DNA of 64,000 nucleotides from NCBI GenBank assembly GCA_044376115.1, contig JBILLK010000008.1:1-64000 (forward strand), read 5' to 3'. The notes beneath the pieces are model-generated. The model worked only from the letters and a program-made list of their open reading frames with translations. It ran no database searches and was not told the DNA's origin. Source of the DNA: Polyangiaceae bacterium. GTDB lineage: Bacteria; Myxococcota_A; Polyangia; Polyangiales; Polyangiaceae. Of the stretch, positions 8,888 to 17,915 are shown one piece after another. A program made the translations under genes and the position numbers. The number at the start of each line of letters is the position of its first letter. Within the stretch, counting starts at the first letter, position 1.

Positions 8888-10566
8888 ACGAACCGGATCG
8901 AGATCGAGGTAGCCATCCGATGTCACTTCGTTTCGAGGTCGGCTCTTTCGTCATGTGCAACATGGGGCCACACGGCTGGAAGCTCGGTCGGATCATTGCG
9001 CTGCACTACCGCGAGGACCATTGGCCAGCCGGGGCCGAGGCACCCTATCAGGTGGCGCTCGAGGAAGACCGCGCCCTCATCTATGTCCCGGAGGACGACG
9101 CCTCGTACTGCCGCGAGGCCACCCACGAAGATCTCAGAATCGCCCGTCGCTCGGACGCGCTCGCTGCGCTCCCGCCCGGCCTCGAGCGCTTGGCCCCCGA
9201 GACCGAACCGATGGGCAGGGGCGCGCCAGCAGAGCTCGGCTGCGCAGGCGGCACCGCGCAGGCCGGCAGTCCGTCCTACCGCGGCGGGCGATGCCGTTGC
9301 TGCGGCTGCTGCCCCCGAAGCTGGTCGTACGCCGAACTCTACAGCGAGCACTATCGCTGCGCAGCACGAAACGGGCTCAGTGTGACACGGTGCTCCGTCG
9401 ATCTCGGCACGGTCCGCGTCGGGCAGTCGCTCCACCATCCTGCGAGCGATGGGTCGCCGCTCAGCGCGGGCTTCATGCAGTGCCCCACCTTGGTACGCCT
9501 CCCGCCAGGCCTCCGCTTCACGGACGATGGTGCCCTCGCCGGCGAGGTGCGGTTCGACCCGCATCGAGACACTGTGTACGGCGTCGAGTTTGTCGCGGTG
9601 AGCACGGTCGCTTGGGACGACCCGGCGGTGGGCATCGTCCGTCTGGAGATCACCTTCGTCGTTGATGGCAACGAGCCGCCAGATGAGTTCGACAAGGGCG
9701 CCTTCGTGCGGGAAGAGCAGAGGGCCCGCACCGCAGCCAGCCGCTCACTTCTCGAGCTCGGCGGCGCGTGGGAGCGTTGGGAGCGGGGCGAGGTAGGCAA
9801 CCGCGAGACGTGCGATCGGATGAACGCTGAGCTTCGCCGACTGCGGGAGCTACTGGAGGCGCATCCGAGGCTCGACGGCGGCCGGTGGTGGGCCCAGCTC
9901 GGCGGCTATCACATGAACGTGCACAAGCTGCTCGAGAACACGCTCTTCGAATGCGAGCTCTACCTCGGCTACGCGCTCACGTTTGGGGACGCCGAGGTTC
10001 GGCGTCTGGCTGAGCAGAATCTCGAGGGCTGCTACCAGAAGCGCCTCCTCGAGGCGGCGCGGTTCATGTGGGTCGATGGTCTCGAGCAGATGATGCGGGG
10101 CGAGTGGGCGGCAGCCGTGGAGATGCTGCGTCTCGCCGCTGAGAAGAAGGACGGGTGGGGCTGGGCGGTCAACTACGGCGACATCTGGCTCGCCGAGTCG
10201 GCCGCACGACTCGTGCACGGTGCAGAGCTTGCGGCGAGCAACGAGGCGAAGGCCGACGACGCTGCAAGTTGGATTGCTGAGGCAGCACGACTGCTGGAGA
10301 AATGCGTGGCGAGAGCCGACGAGGCGGGCGTCTTCGGACTGGAGGGGCACCCATGGGCCGCCGAGATGAGGGCAGCCCTCGCCTCGTACCGCAGCCTGCA
10401 GGCCAGCGGCACGCTCGTGCCCGACTGGCTCGCAGCGCTCAAGTTGCGAACCATGTACTGGTGCGCGCAGGTGCTCGGCGGAGCAGCGCCGTTTCCGCCC
10501 AGGCCAAGACCTCGCCTCGAGGATGCTGGCGCTTTGGTGCGGCGCCTACCCGGGCACAACGACTGA
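8884..10566 (+). CDS. Hypothetical multidomain protein (small beta module, Cys cluster, Ig-like segment, TPR-like helices)
   Basis: 560-aa ORF coupled to pyrC (GTGA); CRCCGCC cluster; LPPGLRF..DGALAG; helical C-terminal half. Confidence 0.7.
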   Translation: MNEPDRDRGSHPMSLRFEVGSFVMCNMGPHGWKLGRIIALHYREDHWPAGAEAPYQVALEEDRALIYVPEDDASYCREATHEDLRIARRSDALAALPPGLERLAPETEPMGRGAPAELGCAGGTAQAGSPSYRGGRCRCCGCCPRSWSYAELYSEHYRCAARNGLSVTRCSVDLGTVRVGQSLHHPASDGSPLSAGFMQCPTLVRLPPGLRFTDDGALAGEVRFDPHRDTVYGVEFVAVSTVAWDDPAVGIVRLEITFVVDGNEPPDEFDKGAFVREEQRARTAASRSLLELGGAWERWERGEVGNRETCDRMNAELRRLRELLEAHPRLDGGRWWAQLGGYHMNVHKLLENTLFECELYLGYALTFGDAEVRRLAEQNLEGCYQKRLLEAARFMWVDGLEQMMRGEWAAAVEMLRLAAEKKDGWGWAVNYGDIWLAESAARLVHGAELAASNEAKADDAASWIAEAARLLEKCVARADEAGVFGLEGHPWAAEMRAALASYRSLQASGTLVPDWLAALKLRTMYWCAQVLGGAAPFPPRPRPRLEDAGALVRRLPGHND

Positions 10567-10620
10567 CGCGGTGTTCTTCCGCTCGAACGAGAAAACGTCT
10601 TGCGCCCCGCGCGCTGTGCT

Positions 10621-10950
10621 CTACGCGGCCAGAGGTACGAGCGACGCCTGCTGCCGACGTAGACGAAAATGCTCGGTGAGCCCACCGACGAGCAGCAGAA
10701 GTACACCGGCCCACTCGATGAAGTGGAGGTCTCCCGCAAAGTGCCCCGTGGCAACGAGCGCGGAGCCGGTGAGCGCGATGGCGATGGGCCACACGCGCCG
10801 CGTGCGCCAGGAGCGCCAGGCGCTCACGCCGATGGACGCGCTGATGGCGACGACGAGGAGCACCAAGTGGTGAAACTCGCTCAGTCCGAAGCCGACGCCG
10901 AGCACGGAGAACAGCTTCGCGTACGTTGTCAGGCACGCAGGGCAGAGTGA
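10621..10950 (-). pseudogene. MerC-like membrane protein, 5'-truncated
   Basis: CPAC followed by hydrophobic helices; sequence upstream of LCPAC is the antisense of a methyltransferase remnant, with no plausible native N-terminus. Confidence 0.55.
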
Positions 10951-11404
10951 TTCGCGGGAGTTTCTCGAGCTACGGCGTGCATCGATGGGAACCCCGCTCG
11001 CAAGGAAGGGCGCCGTTCCCGAGTTGCCAGAGCGATGGCCGGCGAGCCTGCGCGGGCTGCTGGAGTCCATCCGCACCCACCAAAGCAAGGCGTCCGGCTC
11101 GTACTACTTCAAGACCTTCCACCAGTACTTCGCCGACGCAGAGACCTCACTCAAAGAGCTTCACCGCGTCCTGCGACCCGGCGGGTTGGCAGTCTTCGTT
11201 GTGCAGACCTCGTACTACAAGGAGCTGTGCGTGGACCTCCCATCGCTCTACGTAGACCTCGAAGCCACGCTCGGGTTCAGGGGTGAGATTGCGGGGCAGG
11301 CAGCTGTCCACCGGGCGCTCGCTCAGATCCATCCTCACTCCCTGCACCACCGCAAAGAGAGCCAGTACCGCGAGGCTGTCGTCGCATTGGAGAAAGTCGC
11401 ATGA
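10946..11404 (+). pseudogene. C-terminal remnant of a DNA methyltransferase
   Basis: QYF..LKELHRVLRPGG..VFVVQTSYYK resembles the end of an amino-methyltransferase; no SAM-binding or xPPY motif present; stop overlaps the DUF262 start. Confidence 0.6.
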
Positions 11405-12531
11405 GCACGGGCAAACCCACCCCTACCGATCTGATTCAGTCCGTAGACGGCGCGATCTCGCGTGTGCGCACGCGGGCGGTCGACGTTTCCTTCAACGAGC
11501 TCTTCGACATGTACAAGTCGAAGGAGCTGATCATCAATCCGGACTTCCAACGCCTGTTCCGGTGGTCCGAGGGCAAGCAGTCGCAGTTCGTTGAGTCGCT
11601 CATCCTCGAGCTACCAATCCCGCCGATCTACGTCATCGAGGTCGAGGACGGCGTGTACGAGCTGATCGACGGGCTGCAGCGCATCTCCTCGTATCTACAC
11701 TTCCGCGGCAAGCATCCCTCCGAGCCGGAGGGAACGGAACGCTTCCTCACGCTCGCGGAGTGCGACGTGCTGCCCATGCTGAACGGGCACACGTATGAAC
11801 ACCTGCCCCAGGCGATTCAGATCAAGCTGAAGCGCCACTTCATCCGCATGGAGGTTCTTCGTCGCGAGAGTGACAAGCGCCTCCGCTATCACATGTTCAA
11901 GCGGCTCAACACGGGCGGCGAGCTGCTGAGCCCCCAGGAGATCCGCAACTGCACGATCCGGCTCCTGGACAACACGTTCAACGACTTCCTCAAGCGCATC
12001 GTGAAGGAGCCGGACTTCGAGACCTGCATGGCGCAGCTCACCGAGGAGAAACGCGACCAGATGTACATGGAGGAGTACGCGTTCCGGTTCCTCGCCATCA
12101 AGAACGACCAGGCCAGCTACGAGAAGGACATCGGCGACTTCCTCACGGAGTACATGGAGTCGGTGGCCGATCCCGAGAAGCCGGCCGGGTTCGACTACAC
12201 CGCCGAGGAGCAGACCTTCAAGACCACGTTTCGTGTCCTCTCGGAGGCGCTCGGCGAGACTGCGTTCTCCGGTGTCAACAAGCAGGGAAACCCGATGGGG
12301 TACTTCTCCTCGCTCCACTTCGAGGCGCTCACTCTCGGAATCCAACCGCATCTCGCCAGTCTCGCGGCGGCTGCTGAGGCGCAGAAACAGAAGTTCAAGA
12401 GTGCGCTCCAGGACCTGAAGCGTGACGCCGCATTCCAGGCGCTCACGAAGGGCGGCGGGAAGAACTACGCAGCTGCGCTCAAGAAGCGGATCGAGTTCGT
12501 CGAGCAGCGAGTGGCCGAATGCCTGAAGTAG
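11401..12531 (+). CDS. DUF262 (ParB/Srx-like, GmrS-type) domain protein
   Basis: PDFQR..RW, ESLILELPIP, IDGLQR and FKRLNTGG motifs. Confidence 0.9.
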   Translation: MSTGKPTPTDLIQSVDGAISRVRTRAVDVSFNELFDMYKSKELIINPDFQRLFRWSEGKQSQFVESLILELPIPPIYVIEVEDGVYELIDGLQRISSYLHFRGKHPSEPEGTERFLTLAECDVLPMLNGHTYEHLPQAIQIKLKRHFIRMEVLRRESDKRLRYHMFKRLNTGGELLSPQEIRNCTIRLLDNTFNDFLKRIVKEPDFETCMAQLTEEKRDQMYMEEYAFRFLAIKNDQASYEKDIGDFLTEYMESVADPEKPAGFDYTAEEQTFKTTFRVLSEALGETAFSGVNKQGNPMGYFSSLHFEALTLGIQPHLASLAAAAEAQKQKFKSALQDLKRDAAFQALTKGGGKNYAAALKKRIEFVEQRVAECLK

Positions 12532-13265
12532 ACCTCGCCGAGTTCCGAGCCGAGATGGAGGCGGAGCGAGAATGGCGAGAGGCGGAGATGCGCCAGTTGC
12601 GCAACCAGCTTTCGCTTCTCTCCTCCGACGACCAGCGGAAGACGGCACGCAAGGCGCTGGTCGTGATGCTGTACGCCCACTTCGAGGGCGTCAGCAAGGC
12701 ACTGCTCACGATGTACGTGAATCGCATCAACAACTTGGGTCTACGGGTAGACGAGGTAGTTCCTCACATCGGGGCAGCGTCACTCGCGGAGGTCTTCAGC
12801 GCACTCCGCGACCCGAACAGGAAGTGCGCGGAGTTCGCCAGGCAGCTCCCGAACGACACGGCGCTGCATCGCTTCGCCCGCGATCGCGAGTTCGTAGAGG
12901 TGGCCTGGAAGGTCGCCCAGCGTTCGGTGCAGATCGACGCCGAGGAGGTGGTCGATACCGAGTCGAACCTCAAGCCAGTCGTCCTCAAGAAGATCCTGTT
13001 CCGGCTTGGCCTCGATCCTGATCTCGCGCAGCCGTGGGAGGGCGCGATCCACCTTCTGCTCAACCGACGAAACGATGTTGCGCACGGCACCGCAAGGGCC
13101 GGCCTCGAGGAGAAGGACTACGGCAAGCTAGAGCAGGCTGTGTCGCTGGTCGTCGATGGCATCGTGAAGGCAATCTTCGATGCCGTCGCGCGCAAGGTGT
13201 TTTTGGCTGCGACAGGGCAAGTGTCTGCTGCTGACGCCGCCAACCCGGTGGGGGCGAGCCCTTGA
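12519..13265 (+). CDS. HEPN-family nuclease (MAE_28990/MAE_18760-like)
   Basis: LYAHFEG, ESNL and RNDVAHG (Rx4H) motifs; directly follows the DUF262 gene. Confidence 0.85.
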   Translation: MPEVDLAEFRAEMEAEREWREAEMRQLRNQLSLLSSDDQRKTARKALVVMLYAHFEGVSKALLTMYVNRINNLGLRVDEVVPHIGAASLAEVFSALRDPNRKCAEFARQLPNDTALHRFARDREFVEVAWKVAQRSVQIDAEEVVDTESNLKPVVLKKILFRLGLDPDLAQPWEGAIHLLLNRRNDVAHGTARAGLEEKDYGKLEQAVSLVVDGIVKAIFDAVARKVFLAATGQVSAADAANPVGASP

Positions 13266-13275
13266 GGACCCGAGG

Positions 13276-14268
13276 GTGATGCGCGCGCTCGGGGAGACCA
13301 GGGCTATCGTTCGCTGGTACTTCGACGAGGGTCAAGTCGAGGGCTTGCCCTTCTACTGCGATCCGATTCGCGTCGGCGCCTTCGCAGTCGAGCCCGACCA
13401 GCTTGCGGCGGGCACCGAGGCCGCCACTTTTCGGCTCTTCGTCACGCTCTCGATGTACCAGGCGCTGCGCGACGTCGTGATCATGCGCCAGCAGCGCTCG
13501 CTCCCACGCAGCACGGTGCGCGTCGTCGCCGACGTCGCGACGGTGAAGCGGTCTAGCTCGCGCCACGCGTGTCCGACGCTGGGCTCGGCCGAGGCCTTCG
13601 AGGAGGGCTGCGACGTTGCGAAGGAGGGCGACGACATCGACTGCGGCACATGCCCCGGCGTGGCGTGCCACGTGAAGGACGCGACGGTCGTGTTCAACCG
13701 CATGGGGGACATGGGCAAGCTGCCGACCTCGGCGTGGCTCCGGCTGTGGAAGGCCGGCGGCGTGCGCGAGGTGCTCGCCGAGGTCTGCCGTGACGAGGCT
13801 TCGCCGACGATGCGAGCCGCGCTGCTCGTGGAGCGCTTCGCGTGTGTCCACCGCGTCGGCCGCAAGCTCGCGACGATGTTCGTGAGCGCGATGTCGACCC
13901 CGGCGCTCGCGCCCGGGCTCACTCCGTGGTTCCCTGACATCGACGGCAACGACTTGGTGGTGGTCGACACGAACGTCGCGCGAGCGGTCGACGTGCTCCG
14001 CGAGCCGGGCGCGCCGAGGACCTACGACGCGCGTGAGCGCTGGGTGCGCGAGCAGGCTGCCCGGCTCGACCTGCGCGAGTTCCGTCCCGACCTCCCGCGC
14101 TACTCGCCGAGGCTCGTCCAGCAGGCCCTGTACGCGTTCTGCTCGAAGTCTAACCGCGTCGCGCGAGGGGACGCCTGCTCCACGCGCGGCACCGCGTGCC
14201 CGGGCTGCGCGCCGATGATCTGCCCGTTCGCGCCGTCGATGGAGGGTGCCGATGCCGTGGCCAGTTAA
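13276..14268 (+). CDS. HhH-GPD-superfamily DNA glycosylase-like protein with Cys clusters
   Basis: VHRVGRKLA hairpin, VVVDTNVAR catalytic-Asp motif, C-terminal C-x6-C-x2-C-x4-C and an internal Cys-rich segment. Start uncertain (GTG 13276 or ATG 13279). Confidence 0.65.
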   Translation: MMRALGETRAIVRWYFDEGQVEGLPFYCDPIRVGAFAVEPDQLAAGTEAATFRLFVTLSMYQALRDVVIMRQQRSLPRSTVRVVADVATVKRSSSRHACPTLGSAEAFEEGCDVAKEGDDIDCGTCPGVACHVKDATVVFNRMGDMGKLPTSAWLRLWKAGGVREVLAEVCRDEASPTMRAALLVERFACVHRVGRKLATMFVSAMSTPALAPGLTPWFPDIDGNDLVVVDTNVARAVDVLREPGAPRTYDARERWVREQAARLDLREFRPDLPRYSPRLVQQALYAFCSKSNRVARGDACSTRGTACPGCAPMICPFAPSMEGADAVAS

Positions 14269-14512
14269 ACGTCAGCGGCGCCGTCCCGCGAAAACGGGCT
14301 CCGCTGTTAAACGCTCTCGGTTCCTCTCTCCCCGCGGGCCAGAAGAGAGAGCGCGAACGCCGTCCAGAGCGTCCTCGGCGCGCGCTCCTTCGCGCCCGCG
14401 GCGCTCTCTGCGCGAACGCTGTCCACCCGAGCGTCGAGCTCGACGAGCACCGAAGGTCGCGGAAACGTGGGGGAGAAACGCAACGGCCCCGGAGATCGCT
14501 CTCCGAGGCCGC

Positions 14513-14547
14513 TGTTAAAAAGTGCGGGGTCGCGTTTCCGCGACCCC
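14513..14547 (-). terminator. Intrinsic terminator-like hairpin downstream of tRNA-Asn
   Basis: On the minus strand GGGGTCGCG-GAAA-CGCGACCCC is followed by GCACTTTTT. Confidence 0.55.
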
Positions 14548-14554
14548 TCGTGAA

Positions 14555-14630
14555 TGGCTCCGACTGCAGGACTCGAACCTGCGACCCGGTGATTAACAGT
14601 CACCTGCTCTACCAACTGAGCTAAGTCGGA
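14555..14630 (-). tRNA. tRNA-Asn(GTT)
   Basis: Reverse complement TCCGACTTAGCTCAGTTGGTAGAGCAGGTGACTGTTAATCACCGGGTCGCAGGTTCGAGTCCTGCAGTCGGAGCCA: 76 nt, cloverleaf, GTT anticodon, encoded CCA. Confidence 0.98.
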
Positions 14631-14732
14631 ATACATGCCGTGTTGAGCGGCTAGGGGGGCGGAAGATACTCGCTTTGAAAGCTCAGTCAAGGACGTGTTG
14701 CACTTCGGCGTCGATGTAGCTACGGGCGACGG

Positions 14733-16433
14733 GTGAGCACCGAGGAAAACCGAGCGGCGGGCGCAATTCCGTCTGGCGACCAAGCCCCATCTTCTTCTCC
14801 TTCGCCTTCCCCCGCCGCCGATCCATCTCCGGCAATTCCGTCTGGCGACCAAGCCCCATCTCCCTCTCCTTCTTCCCAAGCCCCCTCTCCTTCCCCCTCC
14901 CCGGACGGCACGGCCCGGGTCGCCGGTCGCGGCGGCATGGCCATCGCGGTGGCGAAGATTTCCTTCGTGCTGGTGGGCTTCATCCAACAGCTGGTCTTTC
15001 CGCGGGTGCTGGATGAAGCGGGCTACGGCGCGGTTTCGCGCATGTTGGCGGTGGTCAGCATCCTCAACAACATCGTGGTGGCGATGAGCATCCAGGGTGT
15101 TTCGCGCACGGTTGCGGGTGCCAAAGAGGGCGAGGTGGATTTCGCCTTTCGCCGCGTGCTGACGGTGCACGCCACGCTGGCCATCATCATCTCCACCACC
15201 TTCGCGGCGCTCACCGGCGTGATCGCCGATGCGCTGGAAGCCCCGCACGCCAAGACGCCGCTGCGCGTGGCTGCCATCGTGGTGCTTTGTTACGGCGTTT
15301 ACGCGCCGCTCGTGGGCGCGCTCAACGGCAAGCGCAAGTTCCTGGATCAGGCCGGGCTGGACATCTTCTACGGCATCTCGCGCACCGTGGCGATGAGCAC
15401 CGGCGCCTACGTTTTTTCGCGTGTGCTCGGCGCTGACGGCTCACTCGGTGCGGCCATCGGCTTTGCCTCGGCGGCGCTCTTGATCGTGCCCGTCGCGCTC
15501 TCGCGTTCCGGCACCGGCAAGGCCGTCCCGGCGTCCAACACGAGCGTGCTCTCGGTCGGGGACTACCTGCGCTTTCTCGCGCCGCTGATCGTCGGACAAA
15601 TCGGCCTCAACCTGCTCTTGCAAGCGGACATGCTGATGCTCTCCGACGCCGCCGGTGAAGCGGCGCAAGCGCGCGGCCTGGACGTGAAAGAGGCGGACAA
15701 ATTGCTCGGTCCGTATCGCGCGACCCAGCTGTTCGGCTTCCTGCCGTACCAGCTGCTGATGAGCGTGCAGTTCGTCCTCTTCCCGCTGCTCGCGAAGGCC
15801 CATTCGGAAAAAGACGCGGCTGCGGTCAAGTCCTTCACCGAGCAAGGCGTACGGCTCGCGCTCGTGCTGATGGGCCTGATCGGCGGCGCCTGTGCGTCGC
15901 TCGCGCCGCAGCTCCTGCGCTTCGCCTTCCCCGAGGCGATCGCCAAAGAGGCAGCGCCCTTCTCGCAGTTTTACGTCCTCGGCATGTCCTCGCTCGCGAT
16001 CTTCGGTGTGGCCTGCGCAGCGCTCACCAGCTTGCGTCGCGAGCTCTACGCGATGTTGCTCACCCTCGGCTCGGTCGGCCTGATCGTCGGCGGCATCTTG
16101 CTCTTCCGCGAGAGCGGAGCCTTCGGTGCGCCGCTCTTGAAGTCCACCGCCTACGCCACCGCAGGCGCCGTCGCCACCGGCGCGTTGCTCGCCGCAATCG
16201 TGCTTCGCAGCGTGGCCGGCGGGCTCGTCTCACCGCTCACCATTCTGCGCGTCGGCCTCGCGGTGGCGGTTTTGTTCGGGCTCGCGAGCGTGCTGCCCAC
16301 CTTGCCCAAGCTCGCGGTGCCGGTGGTCGGCGGCGTGTTCGTCGTCGTATACCTGCTCGTGCTGGTGCTCACGCGCGAGCTCGGTGCTAAGGACCTCGGC
16401 ATGATCAAGCGGGTGCTTGGTCGCAAAGGCTGA
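14733..16433 (+). CDS. MOP-superfamily (MurJ/Wzx-like) flippase
   Basis: About 14 hydrophobic segments; RVL...YG motif and LFPLL segment; Pro/Ser-rich N-terminus. Confidence 0.75.
   Translation: MSTEENRAAGAIPSGDQAPSSSPSPSPAADPSPAIPSGDQAPSPSPSSQAPSPSPSPDGTARVAGRGGMAIAVAKISFVLVGFIQQLVFPRVLDEAGYGAVSRMLAVVSILNNIVVAMSIQGVSRTVAGAKEGEVDFAFRRVLTVHATLAIIISTTFAALTGVIADALEAPHAKTPLRVAAIVVLCYGVYAPLVGALNGKRKFLDQAGLDIFYGISRTVAMSTGAYVFSRVLGADGSLGAAIGFASAALLIVPVALSRSGTGKAVPASNTSVLSVGDYLRFLAPLIVGQIGLNLLLQADMLMLSDAAGEAAQARGLDVKEADKLLGPYRATQLFGFLPYQLLMSVQFVLFPLLAKAHSEKDAAAVKSFTEQGVRLALVLMGLIGGACASLAPQLLRFAFPEAIAKEAAPFSQFYVLGMSSLAIFGVACAALTSLRRELYAMLLTLGSVGLIVGGILLFRESGAFGAPLLKSTAYATAGAVATGALLAAIVLRSVAGGLVSPLTILRVGLAVAVLFGLASVLPTLPKLAVPVVGGVFVVVYLLVLVLTRELGAKDLGMIKRVLGRKG
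14763..14861 (+). repeat. Two exact 30-bp direct repeats in the flippase 5' end (AIPSGDQAPS)
   Basis: GCAATTCCGTCTGGCGACCAAGCCCCATCT at 14763-14792 and 14832-14861. Confidence 0.9.
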
Positions 16434-16449
16434 GCAAGCGGTGAGCGAG

Positions 16450-17001
16450 ATGGTGAGCGCCAAAACGATATGCAGAACGTTGGCGCTCAGCCTCGCCCTG
16501 CTCGCAACGGGCTGCAGCCACTCGCTCTCGGCCCCGGTGCAACGCTCTTCCGCCGGCGCGCTCGAGCCCACGCGCATCGTGTTCCGAATGGATGAGAGCG
16601 GGGAAGTCATGCTCGGCCTGCCCGCCGGCAGCACCACCTCCGAGGTGGCTCTAGCGCGCGCGAGCGACGGAGAGATCTGCATCGACGTGCTGTTTCGGAC
16701 CTGGAGCCTAGCGGCCAAGCAGTTCGACGTGCTCGTGAACGTGGACCAATGGAACGTGTTCGACGGCCAGTGGACCTTGAACGATTGCCAAGCCGGCTCC
16801 TGCCTTCCAAAGGACACCGTGATTCAGCCTCGCCCAACCGACGGCATCCTTCCGAGCATCTTCACGCAGGGTGGACGCTTCTGCCAACCCGGCCCTAAGC
16901 CGAACGAACGCGTGGTCGTGGAGCTGGTGCAAGGCGCCGCCTCAATCGACGCAACGTTCGAGATCGCGACAGCCTCCCCCTCTCAACACGCCCAACGTTG
17001 A
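16450..17001 (+). CDS. Hypothetical lipoprotein
   Basis: Signal peptide with lipobox LATGC; several Cys residues. Confidence 0.65.
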   Translation: MVSAKTICRTLALSLALLATGCSHSLSAPVQRSSAGALEPTRIVFRMDESGEVMLGLPAGSTTSEVALARASDGEICIDVLFRTWSLAAKQFDVLVNVDQWNVFDGQWTLNDCQAGSCLPKDTVIQPRPTDGILPSIFTQGGRFCQPGPKPNERVVVELVQGAASIDATFEIATASPSQHAQR

Positions 17002-17042
17002 AGCTGCGTAGGCAAGGCTCGCAATCTGTGTAGCCTCGCGCG

Positions 17043-17615
17043 ATGCCTTTCCTTCTCGCGCAATCCGCCCGCCGCTCGCTCCTGCGCCTCAGCATCGTCG
17101 CAAGCCTCGCCGCAGCCCCAAGCAGCGCCTCCGCCCAACAGGCCGGCGCGCCCGCAGCCCCCGCAACGCAGCCCGCCTCCGCAACGCAGCCCGCTCCCGC
17201 AGCGCAGCCCGTCGCCCAACTCCCGCCCGCTCCGCCGCCCGCCGACACCGCAGCCACACAGCCCGCCGCGCCGTCGGAGATGCTCGTTCCGCTGCGCGCG
17301 CCGATCGAGCCCGAAGAGGCCCCGCGTCACAGCACCGGCATGATGATCGCCGGCATCGTGCTCACCTCCACCGGCAGCTTCGAGTTCTTGACCGGCCTGG
17401 CCACCACTTTGGTGTTCGGCAGCTTCGGTGGTAACGCCGGCTTCGGCATCCTTTTGTTCGGCGTTCCGCTAATGGCGAGCGGCGTGATTCAAGCAGGCAT
17501 CGGCATTCCCCTGCTCGCCGTCGGAGCCTCGCGCGATGAAGACAAGACGGGAGAATTTGTAGTGCAGCCCAGCACACAGGTCGCCCAAGGCCTGCACCTC
17601 TCCATTCCTTTCTGA
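17043..17615 (+). CDS. Hypothetical exported/membrane protein with Pro/Ala-rich linker
   Basis: Signal peptide (ASA|QQ), PA-rich linker, Gly-rich hydrophobic hairpin, terminal Phe. Confidence 0.7.
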   Translation: MPFLLAQSARRSLLRLSIVASLAAAPSSASAQQAGAPAAPATQPASATQPAPAAQPVAQLPPAPPPADTAATQPAAPSEMLVPLRAPIEPEEAPRHSTGMMIAGIVLTSTGSFEFLTGLATTLVFGSFGGNAGFGILLFGVPLMASGVIQAGIGIPLLAVGASRDEDKTGEFVVQPSTQVAQGLHLSIPF

Positions 17616-17653
17616 GTGCTGCCTTCGGGCCTGCACAGCGCACTTCGCAACAG

Positions 17654-17832
17654 CTGCGACACTGCGCCCCGTCTCACCGTGACACCGCCCGATGTGTCGC
17701 ATCCCGCCCGGCCTCCACACTCCGCCGGCCCGGCCTCCAGCCGCCACCTGCGACACTGCGCCCCGTCTCGCCGTGACACCGCCCGATGTGTCGCATCCCG
17801 CCCGGCCTCCACACTCCGCCGGCCGGGCCTCC
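17654..17832. repeat. Tandem direct repeat, 94-bp period, two copies, each with a TGCGACAC...TGTGTCGCA inverted repeat
   Basis: Copies start at 17654 and 17748 and are near-identical over about 85 nt; intergenic between convergent genes. Confidence 0.9.
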
Positions 17833-17838
17833 GAACAC

Positions 17839-17901
17839 CAGGGCGATCGAGGGCGTGACGTCGCGGTTCTTCAAGAAGATGGCCTCTGCACCGTGCGCGC
17901 G
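17839..17901 (-). pseudogene. 63-bp relic of a paralogue of the thioredoxin-like gene at 18767-19222
   Basis: 52/63 nt identical to 18863-18925; RAHGAEAIFLKNRDVTPSIAL vs RALGAEAFFLKHRGVTPSIAL. Confidence 0.75.
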
Positions 17902-17915
17902 TCATGCGGTCAGTC

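Larger units (their letters stand above)
1..14554. mobile_element. Probable genomic island at the tRNA-Asn 3' end (left boundary outside the window)
   Basis: Metal and defence cargo lies directly downstream of a tRNA gene, with short direct repeats next to the tRNA and a truncation scar inside. No integrase in the window. Confidence 0.5.

Noticed and set aside
14307..15248. 313-aa minus-strand ORF
   Set aside because: Runs through the tRNA gene and antisense to the flippase.
17654..17832. CRISPR array
   Set aside because: Only two long units with no unique spacers, and no cas genes in the window.
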